Shown one piece after another: positions 49,835 to 61,767 of a stretch of DNA of 64,000 nt. The position numbers and the translations under genes are program-made. Below the pieces are notes generated by a model. It was given only the letters and a program-made list of their open reading frames with translations. It was not told the origin of the DNA and searched no databases. Where the stretch lies: the NCBI GenBank assembly GCA_035221665.1, contig CM069145.1, positions 21,762,001-21,826,000 on the forward strand, written 5' to 3'. Position 1 is the stretch's first letter, and every line of letters starts with the position of its first letter. This DNA is from Okamejei kenojei. Lineage: Eukaryota.

Positions 49835-51040
49835 TTTCACCACTAACTTCCATTCGGCATTCAAATTCATCTGGACCATTTCCGACATCTCCCTACCGTT
49901 TCTAGACCTCACAATCTCCATCGCAGGTAACAGACTACTGACCGACATCTATTACAAACCCATTGACTCCCATGGCTATCTGGACTGCACTTCTTCCCTC
50001 CCTGCTTCCTGTAAGGACTATCCCCTACTCCCAATTCCTCTGTCTACGCAGCATCTGCACCCAGGATGAGGTGTTCCAAACCAGGGCATTGGAAATGTCC
50101 TCATTCTTTAGGGAACGGGGATTCCCCTCTTCGACTATAGATGAGGCTCTCACCAGGGTTTCCTCCATATCCCGTAACTCTGCTCTCACTCCCCATCCTC
50201 CTACTCGTAACAAGGACAGTGTCCCCCTTGTCCTCACCTTCCCCCAACCAGCCGTCACATACAACAGATAATCGTCCGACATTTTCGCCACCTCCAATGG
50301 GATCCCACCACTAGCCACAACTTCCCATCTCCTCCCTTTTCAGCTTTCCGCAGAGACCGCTCCCTCCGTAACTCCCTGGTCAATTCGTCCCTTCCCACCC
50401 AAACCACCTCCTCCCCTGGTACTATCCCTTGCAACCACAGGAAATGCTACAAGTGTCGCTTTACCTCCCCCGTTGACTCCATCTAAGGACCCAAGCATTC
50501 TTTCCAGGTGAGGCAGCGGTTCACCTGCACCTCCTCCAACCTCATCTATTGCATCCGCTGTTCTAGGTGTCAACTGCTCTACATCGGTGAGACCAAGCAC
50601 AGGCTTGACAATCGCTTCGCACAATACCTCCGCTCAGTTCGCATTTACCAACCTGATTTCCCGGTGGCTCAGCACTTTAACTCCCCCTCCCATTCCGAAT
50701 CCAACCTTACTGTCCTTGGCCTCCTCCATGGCCAGAGTGAGTGCCACCGCAAATTGAAGGAGCAGCACCTCATATTTTGCTTGGGTAGTTTACACCCCAG
50801 AGGTATGAACGTTGACTTCTCCAATTTCAGGTAGTCCTTGCTTTCTCCCTCCTTCCCCTCCCCTTCTCAGCTCTCCCACAGCCTTCTGTCTCTGCTTCTT
50901 CCTTTCTTCTTCCCATCCCCCCCTCCCCCCCACCCCCACATCAGTTTGAAGAAGGGTCATGACCCGAAACGCCACCTATTCTTTCGCTGCATAGATGCTG
51001 CCTCACCCACTGAGATTTTCCAGCATTTTTGTTTACCTTT
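49835..51040 (+). mobile_element. Penelope-like element (Neptune-like), RT C-terminus plus GIY-YIG endonuclease
   Basis: LPFLDL, IYYKP.DSH, IPYSQF, Cys-rich linker, NLIYCIRC..C..LYIGET, HFNSPSH; terminal hammerhead-like core at ~50946-50972. Confidence 0.9.
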
Positions 51041-51201
51041 AATTTTTTGTTGTCAGCTTTCCAAGAACCAATTTTTTTCCTTCAGATCGGGTCATTAATT
51101 CCCTCGAATAAAGAAGTATCTTAATCTAGAAAATACTCAGGAAGATTCTAGAGGTTTGCGAGTGAGCTGATGAGAATTCTAGTGAGATCTTTCAGGGTCA
51201 T

Positions 51202-51411
51202 GTGCAAGAAGGAACTGCAGGTTCTGGTTTATACTGAAGAGAGACACAAAATACAGGAGTAACTCAGCAGGACAGGCAGCATCTGCGGAGAAAAAGAATA
51301 GGTAATGTTTCGGATTGAAACAGGGTCTCGACACGGAATGGCACCTATTCCTTTTCTCCAGAGATGCTGCCTGACCCGCTGAGTTACTCCAGCATTTTAT
51401 ATCTATCTTCA
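51202..51411. mobile_element. Penelope-derived fold-back element
   Basis: Inverted arms; TSD TTCAGGGTCAT (51191-51201 / 51412-51422). Confidence 0.75.
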
Positions 51412-52744
51412 TTCAGGGTCATATTGCATATAATTCCAAGCGCAGACCTAGGACCAATGCTTGACCAGGCCAGGGAGAAGTGGCTTCTCCTCCAGAAAGA
51501 TTTCCCAAGTTCCAAACATATCCAACTGATCCATCTCTTCTCAGCTTCTGATCTGAAATGTTCATGTTTTGGTCTCTATTAGACAATAGACAATAAACAA
51601 TAGACAATTAATTCAAGTCATTCATTCTGGTCGCTATTAATTCAAGTCATACCATCGGCAGATGTCCAAAAGGAATATTGGATCTTTGTTTGTGACAAAT
51701 GCAATACCATTATATAACTCCAACCATAAGTAAACAGTGCATTATTTTAAATACTTGGGAATTTAATACAGCCACAAGAAGCTAAAGTGCATGAAATTAA
51801 ATTCCAAAACTAAATTTACAATTCCTCAGGCTAGACAATATTGTTTCCAACTCAATATTACCTCCTTTTCCACTTCACTCAGCCTTGTCAGTACTTATGG
51901 TAATTGCTGGACTATATTAAAGGGTGTTATTGATTTCTTCAATAGAATAATGACTGCAGATATTAACACGCATGGTGCTTCCCAATAAGGCCAATTCCAA
52001 GTGCAACATACCAAATGTGGGAGGCTGTGGACACGATACTAAAAATAAACCAAAAGATATATCATTAAAATTGTAGCTCCAATTTTATAATTTTGCATAC
52101 ATTTTAAAATAATTATCCATAATTCCTTTTGTAGATAAACGGAAAGGGTCTTGAAGTAATGTCCAGCTAAGTGAATGTTAAATTGGCCAAGGAACAAAAA
52201 ACAGTGATCGTGACTCACAGCATCCAATAAAGTATCAAATGGGGGATAGAGATTAATGCAGAAATGCAACAGTTAGTGGTGATTATAAATGCTGGAAGAA
52301 TCATAAATCCTGGACCTTAGTTGTGGCTCAGGATTGATCTGGGATTGATCTTAAACAGTGGTCTTCACAATACTCATTGTATGTAACATATTTAAGTCAA
52401 AAAAATAAATACAAGAAGAAATTGAGACAAAAGAAGTTACTTTGTGAACAGAAGAATATGGGGACCACAGGGAGATATTAATTAGATGTATTTGTAAAAA
52501 AATAAGACACACAAATAAGGAGAAAATAAATCAAAGGCCACGTGAATGCAGTTCGATGGAGTAAGGTGGGAGGAAACCAGGGGAGTATAAACTCTGGCAA
52601 GTCCCCACAGACTTGAATGTCCTGTTTCTGCTCAGCAAAATTCAAAGAGTATTTGATTACTAAAAAATCATACAGTTGAATCAAGAATAATTGCTTTGTC
52701 TAAAATTGAATGCATGAGCACAAGACAAGGTAGCAATTGCAAAG

Positions 52745-53250
52745 GCAAGAGTCAAGAGTCAAGAGTGTTTTATTGTCATATGTCCCTGATAGAGCAATTA
52801 AATTCTTATTTGCAACAGTACAACAGAATATGTAAACATAGTACACTGTAAACAATATAATAAATGAGAAAAAATGTTCAGTATGTGTATATATTAACTC
52901 ATACTCACACACATATATATATATATACACACACACACGTCCACATAGAACACAAACATTAATAACAACAATAATATTAAAGAACTGCAGATGCTGGAAA
53001 AATCGAAGGTAGACCCTTCTTCTCGACCCGAAACGTCACCTATTCCTTCGCTCCATAGATGCTGCCTCACCCGCAGAGTTTCTCCGGCATTTTTGTCTAC
53101 CTACAATAATAGTGTATGTAGTTCAGAATTTATTTGAGGTTGGAGTGTTTAATAGCCTGATGGCTGTAGGGAAGAAGCTGTTCCTGAGCCTGGACATTAG
53201 AGTTTTCAGTTCCTGTACCTTCTTCCCGATGGCAGGAGTGAAATGAGTGA
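52745..53250 (-). mobile_element. Rex-Babar 3' fragment with nested Penelope fold-back (52980-53104)
   Basis: Same tail and C-terminal motif as 4228-6530. Confidence 0.75.
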
Positions 53251-53947
53251 GAGTAACAGAATGATAACATGGCTACTGAATACTTGGATTCTTGAAGTGC
53301 AAAACAATCAGAGGGACATAACGTTTCTCAAAAAGAAATAACCCAGAAAACTATTTCAGGTTGCGTACATGCCATTAGTGGACATATTTACATTTACTCA
53401 TCTATCTGTACAACTAGTATGCATTGGTTCCTTAATGGTCAGAGTTCTTTATAAAATCAATTGGGCACTGAGTGTAGCAGCAGCAAACATATCAACAAAC
53501 TCACTCTCCAGCGTGTGGTCCAATGAGACAAAAAAGTTTAATGAATTCAATTCCAACATCAATTGAGACAGTCTTTAAAGATGACAAATATTCCAACTTC
53601 TCGATTTAATGATCAATCATCACATGAAGATTGGGAGATTTGCTCAAGGCAACCTTCTGCCCACTTGCCTCAGGATTGTAGGCTGCCACGCAGTTTGTAG
53701 CTAGTTTTAACTCTTTGCCTTGCCAAAGAGCTAGAGTGGGTGGGAATATCAGAGAGAGACCTACTTTAAATATTCGGAGCATCAAGCAATTACAAATAGG
53801 GTAATGTATCTCATATGGCCACTTAACAACCATCACCTCAAGTGTTTAAACAAATGCATTAATGAATTAATGGCCTGGATGCTACTGTCATGCACTTACC
53901 TGTGTTCAGTGCCTGTGGTTTCCATGTATCCAAACCTACTACAGCCA

Positions 53948-54253
53948 CGGGCAGCACTGAGGTGCAGCGGTAGAGTTGCGGCATTACAGCACTTAAAGTG
54001 CCGGAGACCCGGGTTTGATCCCGAATACGGATTCTGTCTGTTTACGAGTTTGTACGTTCTCCTCATGACCGTGTGGGTTTTTCACCGAGATCTTCGGTGT
54101 CCTCCCACACTCGAAAGACATACAGGTTTGTAGGTAAATTGGCTTGGTATAAGTGTAAATTGTCCCTGGGGTGTAGGATCGTTGGTCGGTGCGGACTCGG
54201 TGGGTCAACGGCCTGTTTTCACGGTATTTCTAAACTAAATAAACTAAAACTAA
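53948..54253 (+). mobile_element. V-SINE (HE1-like)
   Basis: tRNA-like head, V-domain-like core, (CTAAA)n tail. Confidence 0.85.
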
Positions 54254-54289
54254 CGAGGTTGATACTGATTTTCTTTAATGTGTTTTCAA

Positions 54290-54475
54290 GACACTGGATG
54301 TTTTCAAGAGAGAGATTTAGCTCTTAGGGCTAAGGTATCAAGGGATATGAGGCAAAGGCCGGAGCGGGGTACTGATTTTGGATGATCAGCCATGATTGTA
54401 TTGAATGGCGGTGCTGGCTCGAAATGCATAATGGCCTACTCCTGCACCTATTTTCTATGTTTCTATGTTTCTAAT
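54290..54475 (+). mobile_element. CR1 3' fragment
   Basis: 3' UTR and tail. Confidence 0.75.
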
Positions 54476-54769
54476 TCCTTCCACGGGCAGTATTCTTAAC
54501 TTGCAGTGATATTGAAGCCACAGAGAATGTTTAGACTGCAGTTGCAATTCTGCAAAGATAGTGTGTGATCACTCATTGATCAGAATTATTTCACATACAA
54601 TTGAATTATTAAAATGCACATACATTATAAAGTGTGATACAAATACAATAATTTAAAGTTCAAAAATGCACAAAGGTATGAGGTACTCTTTAACTATCCA
54701 AATAGATGCTCCTCTTTATGCTGGCAGATATTCTGAAATGCGAGTCTGACAAGTTTTTAGCAGCCGAAA

Positions 54770-55030
54770 TGTGTAGGAAGAAACTGCAGATGCTGGTTTA
54801 AACCGAAGATAGACACAAAAAGCTGGAGTAACTCAGCAGGATCCGAAACCTCACCCATTCCTTCTCCCCAGAGGTGCTGCCTGTCCTGCTGAGTTACTCC
54901 AGCATTTTGAGTGTGAGGTCTGAAGAAGGGTCTCAACCCTAAACGTTGCCTATTTCCTTCGCTCCATAGATGCTGCCTCACCCGCTGAGTTTCTCCAGCA
55001 TTTATGTCTACCAGCATTTTGAGTCAATCT
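54770..55030. mobile_element. Composite Penelope-derived elements
   Basis: Fold-back plus a second terminal repeat with CTGAAGAAGGG core at 54920. Confidence 0.7.
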
Positions 55031-56055
55031 TAGGTTTTTAGTAGCATTTAAATGTTTTAAAGTTGTATTGCTAGAAAAAATCATTACAGATTGTGGCATG
55101 AATAAATTTGAGATTTAAGCTCTTTACTGCAGACAAAAAATACTGAGAACAAATACAGACTGAAATGCACAAATTTCATTCTTTCTCCAAATTAAGTAAC
55201 AAATTAGTAATTAATGTAGTTTTCATCAAAAATGTCCTATTATTTAAATGCAAATAGGAGGTCACATTTTATAGGTAAATGCAGCAGCGTTTGTTGAAGT
55301 CTAGTAATGAAATGTCACTTAATCAGGATTCATAAGGCAGGAATGTCATATGACAAACTTTAACTTTGATGCCTCCATCAACTTTACAACTGGGTTGCCC
55401 TTATCATGGGTTTCTGGCATGAACTATATTAAATCCTAGCCCTTATTCGAATCTCACCCAACCAATCAGATCTCACAAAACAGCATACAATGGAGATGTA
55501 GACAACTGTTGGTCTTCACAGGCATCTCTATAGGCTGAAATAAATGATTCTGGTGCAACAAGGATCAAGGCTCCTTATGGGCCTTCTGCTTCGGAACAAA
55601 AAAATAACATTTGCTTTACAAGATTTCACTGAGGGGCCTTTAGAGTCTTTTTAAAGTCTAAGAATCATGTTATTGAGGGTGAGTCCCTTTACTGCCTAAA
55701 ATGGCAGTGATGGGCAGGAATGGACTGAGTTAATCACCTTTACAATTGTACAGTTGCCTTGTTCCTACAGGGGAAGTGGTTTTAATAAATTCACAAAAAA
55801 ATTCACTACAATTCTCAGAAGTTACTTTCCTGTCAGAAATTCTCAAGCTTATTTTTTTGTAATGTGGAATAATACAAACCCATTCTTAATTAAAAAGTAG
55901 TGATTTGTTCTCAAATCATCAATGTTTTAGTCTGATTATCTACCCCAGAAATATTACAAATCTTCTTCATTGCAAGCCCAAACTGATGCTCCCAGCCGGT
56001 ATTGTTCCCAAAAGAGTTTGTTTTATCAATAAACCTTGATTTGCTCTATACATAA

Positions 56056-56191
56056 TCTTCTTCTTTCGTGTGGCATGCACAGCCTAAAGTTGTTGGACAA
56101 CTTGTTCTATATGATCTTCCGTTTGTGCACGTCGAGTTGATTGCATTAGTCGAAACAGGCGGACCACATGAAGGTTGCAATCTTCCACCCC
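56056..56191 (-). mobile_element. 136-bp ribozyme-headed SINE-like retroposon
   Basis: 5' HDV-like fold, 3' stem, ...CACGAAAGAAGAAGA tail, flanks ATACATAA / ATACTTATAA. Confidence 0.7.
56139..56191 (-). ncRNA. Minimal HDV-like self-cleaving ribozyme
   Basis: P1 GGGUGG/CCGCCU, P2 GAUUGCA/UGCAAUC, P3 ACC/GGU, L3 UUCAUGU, G for P1.1, U-UUCG-A as P4, J4/2 CUAA. Confidence 0.8.
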
Positions 56192-56849
56192 ATACTTATA
56201 ATGAATTAGTACAATTAGATCTGTAAAAGCAAATATAAAAAAGCCAGGTAACACAGCTTTCTTTTTGACAACATATGCTTCATGTTCAAAAGAATGTTAA
56301 TGGAAAAGTTTGTTATTAACCTTTAGAGTATTTTAAATGCAGTTGATGTCTGGATGAATTGCCTGCAATATGTTAGTTTAACCTCAGAAAAGCAAATGCT
56401 GGAACTTTCTCTGCTGAGGCTTTCATTGCATCTTTAATGGAACACATAGAGTCTGCCAGTAGGGGGAGATGCCTCACTGTCTACAGCCAACTCGAATAGT
56501 TGGCCTCCAACTTCAAATCCTCGTCTTTCAACCATTTGTTCCTTATCAAGGTTCAAGATTTGGGTGTTTTTCAATGAGCTATTATTACTATGAATTAGCA
56601 ATTGTACCCAAACAACAGCAGCATTGGAGGCTTCATCTTAGATAAAGGCTTTACTGCATATTTAGAAAGAAAATTGTATTTAATTGAGGCATTAATGAAA
56701 TATAGCTCATTTTTTAAAACTGCAGCAATTTTCCTAAATATAATGCCCTTTGTGGATTTCGTCCTTAAGCCCTTGTGAATACTGTCAAAGAGATTAAACA
56801 TAGAACTTGATGATTTATTTTAGAAATGACCTTACAGATTGTTAGGGTT

Positions 56850-57590
56850 TCTTATCATTGACAGTCCCTTGAGATTGAGGACGACTTGCTTCCACTCTTG
56901 TTTTGGGATTCTGAAACATCATTAAACCAACGCAGGAACTTCAGACGTCCACAGATAGGGCAGGTGGCAGCTGATGGGGTGGGACTGTGGGCTGTAAGGC
57001 AGACTGCTTCATACACCGCCTACACATGGTCTCTGCCCTCCCAATACATTGGTTGAAATTCGCAAAGTCTCCCCGAAAGCTCATTTTCCATTTTGAACGG
57101 CCATGGACGTGATTCCCAGGAGAGGGTGGGAACATTTCATTGCTTAAGTACAAACTTGAATTTATCTTCTGTCTGGTGACTTCCTCCCAAGGCAGAGCTT
57201 GGAATAGAATGTTCGTTGCAGGGGTCTGATCGAGGGTAGATTAACGACATGGCTTGTCCAACATATCCAGCTGATTGTAACCGAGGGCTCCAATCCCGGG
57301 GATGGTGGCTTCTGAGAAAGTGCTAATGTTGGTTGTTCCAGAGAACGCAAGAGTATTTTGCAGAGCGGACATTGGTATTATTTTGTCCATTGTCCTGAGA
57401 TGCCTTCTACTTGTAGGCCAAGTCACAGAAGCAAGTTGGAGATAGAGGTTACTGCTGCCTAGGGACCTTTGAGTTTTGTGCTTGCTTTGAGATCTTGATT
57501 TTCCAACTGCTCTCTTCCTCAATCATCCAAAGGCCACAATGAAACTGTGATGGTAAAATGGATGGCGTTAAACATGGAGGTTCCAGCCCA
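56850..57590 (-). mobile_element. RTE-clade LINE 3' fragment
   Basis: Degenerate RRHL...ATIPGI.AL...QL and YSKL..GR.SP motifs; GGAAGCAAGTCGTCCTC 3' end. Confidence 0.65.
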
Positions 57591-57797
57591 CATAACAGGA
57601 TTTCTGTCTGGTCACTTAACTGTTGATTTGCCAATTTTCAAAATTTATGAATATAAATCTTTAATAACACAGGTTTCAGGAGTGGGCCATTTGGCTTCAG
57701 CCTGCACTGTATTTAACTTGATCATGGTCACTCTGTCCCAACTCCATTTAGCTACCATTAACAAGACTGAATCAATCTAGTTTAACAATTTTGATCA

Positions 57798-58300
57798 AAG
57801 ATAGACACAAAAAGCTGGAGTAACTCAGCGGGTCAATCAGCATCTCTGGAGAAAAAGAATAGGTGACGTTTCGGGTCGAGACCCTTCTTCAGCAGGGAAA
57901 AGGGAAACGGGAGATATAGATGGTGACATTGAGAGATATAGAACAAATAAATGGAAGATATCCATAAAAGTAACAATGATAAAGGAAACAGGCCATTGTT
58001 AGCAAGGTAAAAACAAGTTACAGAGAATGAGACTCAACAAGACAAATTTGAAGCTAGTATGACTTGGGTGGGGGAGGGATGGAGAGAGATGGGATGCAAG
58101 GGTTACTTGAAGTTAGAGAAATCAAAACTCATACCACTGGGTTGTAGGCTGCCAAAGCGAAATATGAGGTGCTGTTCTTCCAGCTTGTGTTTGGTCACCT
58201 GTTCCTTTTCTCCAGAGATGTTATCTGACTCGCTGAGTTACTCCAGCTTTTTGTGTCTATCTTCGGTTTAAGCCAGCATCTGCAGTTCCTTCCTGCACCA
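57798..58300 (-). mobile_element. Penelope 3' fragment with inverted terminal repeat
   Basis: Perfect hammerhead core at 57892-57865; 15-bp TSD (57783-57797 / 58301-58315). Confidence 0.8.
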
Positions 58301-58469
58301 TAACAATTTCAATCATCTGGTGTTAACTCCTAGTACCACTTCCATATAAAAAAAGTGCTCTGCATTTATACTTCTGCGTGGGACTTTTTAGAATTTTGGT
58401 CTTGTTTTTTCTTTAATGTAAAATTTAAAAAAAAATTGTTTTTACATTCTCTCTTTCTTTCACACTTTC

Positions 58470-58600
58470 TTTGTTTGAAAATGTGAAGTTGCAGAAATGT
58501 CTATCAAATGCACAGCAAACTCCCACAAGCCATAAGCAATGATGAAATAATTGGTTTTAATATTATTTTATAGATAATTAGGCCAGCTTTCAACAACGCT
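58470..58600 (-). mobile_element. Old Deu-domain SINE remnant
   Basis: TGCACAGCAAACTCCCACAA...AGCAATG...GGCCAG resembles the recalled DeuSINE core. Confidence 0.4.
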
Positions 58601-58889
58601 CGACTTTGCCAATTTGCTTCCCCATTTCCAGATCCTGTACCCTACCTCAGCCAGGTGATGAACTGCTGCACTCTGTTCTTGCCAATGTTGATAAGCTGAC
58701 AGTGTGATGAAGTCTGGCTCCTGTAGTTCACCATTAGTAAATATATGAGGTCATTAGCACTTAGTACAGCCTTGCCACAGGCACCTTGCCACAGACTCCT
58801 TGCTACACACGGTGGTGCTCAGGTACTTTTCAAATACTTAGGTGTTGAAATCTGTTGATTGCAGGCAGTGCAACTCCAAAGACCAACCT

Positions 58890-59199
58890 GTTTAATTTGC
58901 TTTAGTTTAGAGATACAGGAGGGGAAACAGGCCCTTCAGCCCACTGTCTGTGGTGACCAGCAATCCCCATACACTAGCTCTATCCTACACACTAGGGACA
59001 ATTTACAATATTTTTGAGAAGCCTGTACAAATCTGTACATCTTTGGAGAATGGGAGGAAACCAGAGCACCCAGGGAAAACCCACATGGTCACGGGGAGAA
59101 CATACAGTGCATATTCCATACAGACAGCACCCGTAGTCAGGACTGAACCTGGGTCTCTGGCGCTGTAGGGCAGCAACACTACCGCTGCACCACCGCCCC
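58890..59199 (-). mobile_element. V-SINE (HE1-like)
   Basis: Homologous to the other copies. Confidence 0.85.
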
Positions 59200-59269
59200 A
59201 AGAAACTGGTGAGGTACGAGTCAGAGAATAGAGAGAGTCCATGCTAAGCATGCACACAGCTAAAAGGTG

Positions 59270-59750
59270 GAGGAGGAAGTGGACAGGAAGGGCTTTCAGC
59301 AGGAGACCACATCTACAGAGAGTGCTCAAAAAGTAGCCGCTCGTCTGAATTACAGAGATGACCAATTCTTGAAAGGTTTTCTGCTTCACTAATGAGACTC
59401 ACTAATGATTGAAATCCACCAACTAAACGCCAGAGGAGGGAAATACTGTTTTTCCTGCAGTTGTCGAAATGAATGGCATTTTGAACTTTTGCATTCATGG
59501 TTTCCTCCAGGTTGCTAATAGAGCTATGTCTAGTCTTCCAGCTTGCAGTAAATTGCATTAGGGTAGTTACTGAGAGGCACTGTGCACAGATAATCTGCTT
59601 CAAGGCAAAGGCATGCATTCTGAGTGAGCACCAAAGAGCCGCAAAGTGACTGAAAACTTTCTACTCATCTAAACTCTTGCCATTGTATAATCCTTCAATG
59701 TCCAGCTGGTGTCTAGCCACAGAATTTGTATCATTTACACCAAGAGCAGG
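59270..59750 (+). pseudogene. Fossil Harbinger (HARBI1-like) transposase
   Basis: Frameshifted pieces RRPHLQRVL, AVNCIRVVTE.ALC and SFNVQLVS.H in the expected order. Confidence 0.5.
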
Positions 59751-59834
59751 AGACATAATGTTAACATTTTGTGGCATTCTTCTTTGATAGTTATATTTTA
59801 ATAACTACGGCCAATCAGCCGGTGAGACTAGACC

Positions 59835-60452
59835 ACAGATAGACATAAAATGCTGGAGTAACTCAGCAGGACAGGCAGCAGCTCTGGAGGGAAGGAATGG
59901 GTGACGTTTCGGGTCAAGACCCTTCTTCAGACTGGTCGGCGAAAGGGAAACAAGAGATATATACAATGATGTAGAGAGATAAGTAACAATGAATGAAAGA
60001 AGTGCAAAAAAGTAACCATGATAAAGAAAAAGGGCCATTGTTAGCTGTATGTTGGGTGAAAATGAGAAGCTGGTTTGACTTAGGTGGGGAAGGGATGGAG
60101 AGAGAGGGAAAGCCATGGTTACTTGAGGTTAGATAAATCAATATTCATACCACTGGGTTGTATGCTGCCTAAGCGAAATATGAGATGTTGTTCTTCCAAT
60201 TTGAGTTTAGCCTCACTATGACAATGGAGGAGGCCTCGGACAGAAAGGTCAGTGTGGGAATGGAAAGGAGAATTAAAGTGTTTAGCAACTGGGAGATCGG
60301 GTAGGTCCAGGTGGACAGAGCGAAGATGTTCGGCGAAACGATCGTCCAGTCCACATTTGGTCTTGCTGATGTATAACAGTCCACATCTTGAACAACAGAT
60401 ACAGTAGATGAGGTTGGAGGAGGTGAAAGTGAACCTCTGCCTCACCTGAAAG
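59835..60452 (-). mobile_element. Penelope-like element, GIY-YIG to 3' end
   Basis: ORF 60119-60655: NLIYCICC..C.LLYI.KT...HFNSPFH...EEQHLIFRLG; hammerhead core at 59930-59903. Confidence 0.88.
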
Positions 60453-60462
60453 GTAATGGTTA

Positions 60463-61100
60463 AGGGCCTGTCCCACCAGCATGCGCCTGCATGCGGCGAG
60501 TGCGACCAAACCGGCAGCGGGGGTCGCGCGGAGGTTGGGTGAGTGGTGCGACGTGGCGCGAATTTGGAGCGAAGTTGGAGCGAAGTCCACGGTAAGTTCG
60601 CAAGGACAGAGAGGGTCACACAGAAAGGGACACGGAGGCACACAGAGAGGGTCACGGAGGCACAGAGAGAGGGTCACGGAGGCACATATAGAGAGGGTCA
60701 CGGAGGCACACAGAGAGGGTCACGGAGGCATACAGAGAAGGGCACGGAGGCACAGAAAGGGTCATGGAGGCACACAGAGAGAGGGTCAGGGAGGCACACA
60801 GAGAGGGTCACGGAGGCACACATAGAGGGGCATGGAGGCACATATAGAGAGGGTCACGAAGGCACGACGCCGAGGCTGTGCGTAACGCGTCGAGGCGGCT
60901 GCGGGCCGACAGGCTGTTGCCACGCGGAATTTATGAACGGTCAGTTTTTCGGAGCCCCGTGCGATGTCGGGACCAGCTCCGCACAAATCTATACGGCTCC
61001 AGCGATCGAAGTGGGACCGGCCCCGCAAGGCCGGACGGCTCAAGCGACCACGTTAGGTCGCGCTCACCGCATGGAGTCGCATACAGGTGGGACAGGCCCT
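60463..61100. mobile_element. PIF/Harbinger-type MITE, same family as 3428-4003, opposite orientation
   Basis: TIRs, TTA target duplication (60460-60462, 61101-61103), expanded ~22-bp minisatellite. Confidence 0.88.
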
Positions 61101-61142
61101 TTACTCCTGACATGGCTCCTGACTCCTGTGTGTAACCAATAT

Positions 61143-61296
61143 TTAGATGCACTGCAGGTGAATGATGAGAACCTGACCAATACAATAAATATTATTGAGC
61201 TCATCGGACCTCTCAATCAATGCTTCTGCTGCATGCTGCTCTTCATCTTCATTTTTATCTTCATCTCTCGCCTGATCAGATTCCGTTCTCAAGTAT
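61143..61296 (-). other. Candidate exon
   Basis: CCTAAC branch point plus CTTTGTTCTGCTTTTATTTCAG acceptor; single long open frame YLRTESDQARDEDKNEDEEQHAAEALIERSDELNN... Confidence 0.3.
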
Positions 61297-61339
61297 CTGA
61301 AATAAAAGCAGAACAAAGGTTAGGCTCTGAACAGCAGGA

Positions 61340-61570
61340 ATAGAACATAGAACAAACCAAAATACAGCACCGGCCCTTCAGCCCAATGTACCTGTGCCAA
61401 CCATGCTGCCAATCTAACTAAACTTATCTGCATGCACATGGTCCAGATACATCTATTCTTTGCCTGTTCATTTGTCTAAATAGCTCTTAATTATTGTTAT
61501 TCTATCTGTTTCTATCTCATCTCCTGGCAGTATATTCCAGACACCATTCTCTGTGCAAAAAAACTTGCCA
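61340..61570 (-). mobile_element. Old CR1 3' fragment
   Basis: (TTCTATG)n-type tail; VWNILP motif. Confidence 0.65.
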
Positions 61571-61767
61571 TCCTGTTTGTGACGGCTTGGACTAAATAAC
61601 TCGAGTGCCCTGGCACTTTCCCCATCCCGGTCTGAGCTAAAGTCCAATGAACTTGCAAACAAGTTACAATTATATAATTAGTAAGTCCATGCTTCCTTCT
61701 TCATCTGCAAAACAGTCAGCTATATTGTTAAATTAGCTATCCTACCTGATACTGAAAACAAGGGTTA

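Noticed and set aside
53948-54030. tRNA-like sequences (also at the other SINE heads)
   Set aside because: They continue into SINE body and tail, so they are not tRNA genes.
60610-60860. CRISPR-like periodicity
   Set aside because: Contiguous ~22-bp tandem units without unique spacers, no cas genes, vertebrate context.
60543-61343. 266-aa ORF
   Set aside because: Runs through a MITE minisatellite; overlapping ORFs in several frames and no recognisable domain.
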